Of a DNA stretch of 64,000 nt, positions 63,675 to 64,000 are shown one piece after another. The stretch is from NCBI GenBank assembly GCA_041390245.1, contig JAWKQI010000006.1, positions 19,968-83,967 on the forward strand, given 5' to 3'. A program made the translations under genes and the position numbers. Numbering within the stretch: position 1 is the stretch's first letter; every line of letters starts with the position of its first letter. The notes under the pieces are model-generated. The model had not been told where the DNA came from and made no database searches. It saw only the letters and a list, made by a program, of their open reading frames with translations. This DNA is from Eubacteriales bacterium (GTDB lineage: Bacteria; Bacillota; Clostridia; Christensenellales; JAWKQI01).

Positions 63675-64000
63675 ATGATAAGAAAATTATTTATTTTTAA
63701 ACCTATTAGAATTATTATAAAATTGGTGCTGTTTTTGTTGGCTCTCGTTGTTGGATTTATCATCTATACAAATATATCAGTAAACAATTTTTCTTCTAGC
63801 TACATTTTTAAAGCAGACGATACTAACAACATCACAAAAGCAGATGCCGTATTAGTTTTAGGCACGCTTGTTGTAGGCGAAGATACTTTAAGCCCTGCCT
63901 TGAAGGACAGGATGGATACGGGTATTGCACTTTATGAAGAAGGCAAAGCCAGTAAGCTTTTGTTATCCGGCGACCATGGACAAGCCACTTACGATGAAGT
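63675..64000 (+). CDS. SanA/YdcF (DUF218) family protein, 5' partial (runs off the window)
   Basis: Own translation gives MIRKLFIFKPIRIIIKLVLFLLALVVGFIIY...ADAVLVLGTLV...LLLSGDHG. N-terminal TM helix followed by a DUF218-type core. Confidence 0.65.
   Translation, partial: MIRKLFIFKPIRIIIKLVLFLLALVVGFIIYTNISVNNFSSSYIFKADDTNNITKADAVLVLGTLVVGEDTLSPALKDRMDTGIALYEEGKASKLLLSGDHGQATYDE

Overview
Chromosomal segment from a low-GC, strictly anaerobic Bacillota (Clostridia-type) organism, judged from [FeFe]-hydrogenase machinery, FabK-type FAS II, Rex/AdhE, rubredoxin and ECF-FolT. No rRNA, CRISPR array, integrase or transposase was recognised. Layout: (1) 1-5.7 kb is a visibly AT-richer defence islet. 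It holds a Hachiman-like pair, a DUF1837/HamA-like D-ExK protein translationally coupled to an 1109-aa DExH helicase that ends in a HIRAN-like module. An orphan, translationally coupled two-gene module follows (double zinc-ribbon protein plus a 262-aa protein with a hydrophobic tail); this is my best candidate for an undescribed system. The islet abuts a truncated housekeeping gene (DUF255 thioredoxin-domain protein cut after 58 codons). (2) 6.1-11.8 kb (- strand) is the H-cluster maturase operon TM1266-like regulator, hydG, hydE, aspartase, hydF, preceded by a promoter and a ~190-nt leader ending in an intrinsic terminator that I could not assign to a class. (3) 11.8-14.3 kb carries a frameshifted flavoredoxin-like gene, two MinD-like/4Fe-4S ATPases and a NifX-like protein. 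(4) VanW protein; folC, THF riboswitch, folT. (5) Redox-stress block: FAD/Rieske oxidoreductase, an unlisted rubredoxin, peroxiredoxin, Crp/Fnr regulator, Mrp/ApbC and thioredoxin, with a shared motif at class-II-like position in two promoters. (6) 23.7-35.4 kb is a complete FAS II/ACC cluster (FabT-like regulator, fabH, acpP, fabK, fabD, fabG, fabF, accB, fabZ, accC, accD, accA, degV) ending in an alpha-oxoamine synthase. (7) Two small secreted proteins, a two-component system, rsgA with a small-uORF/alternative-hairpin leader, TfoX_C, an ArsC/Spx-like protein and an AraC remnant. (8) + strand: rex-lysR, then an apparent 10-gene, 11.5-kb operon rex2, adhE, kinase, 2Fe-2S protein, sensory hydrogenase HydS, PP2C phosphatase, hydC, hydB, hydA, 2Fe-2S protein. 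(9) metE sits behind a tandem T-box plus cobalamin riboswitch. (10) ABC/GntR module, tRNA-Arg(CCT), uppP, a PIG-L/phosphodiester-glycosidase fusion protein and a partial sanA-like gene. All calls rest on motif reading of the supplied translations and the raw sequence; no database search was run.
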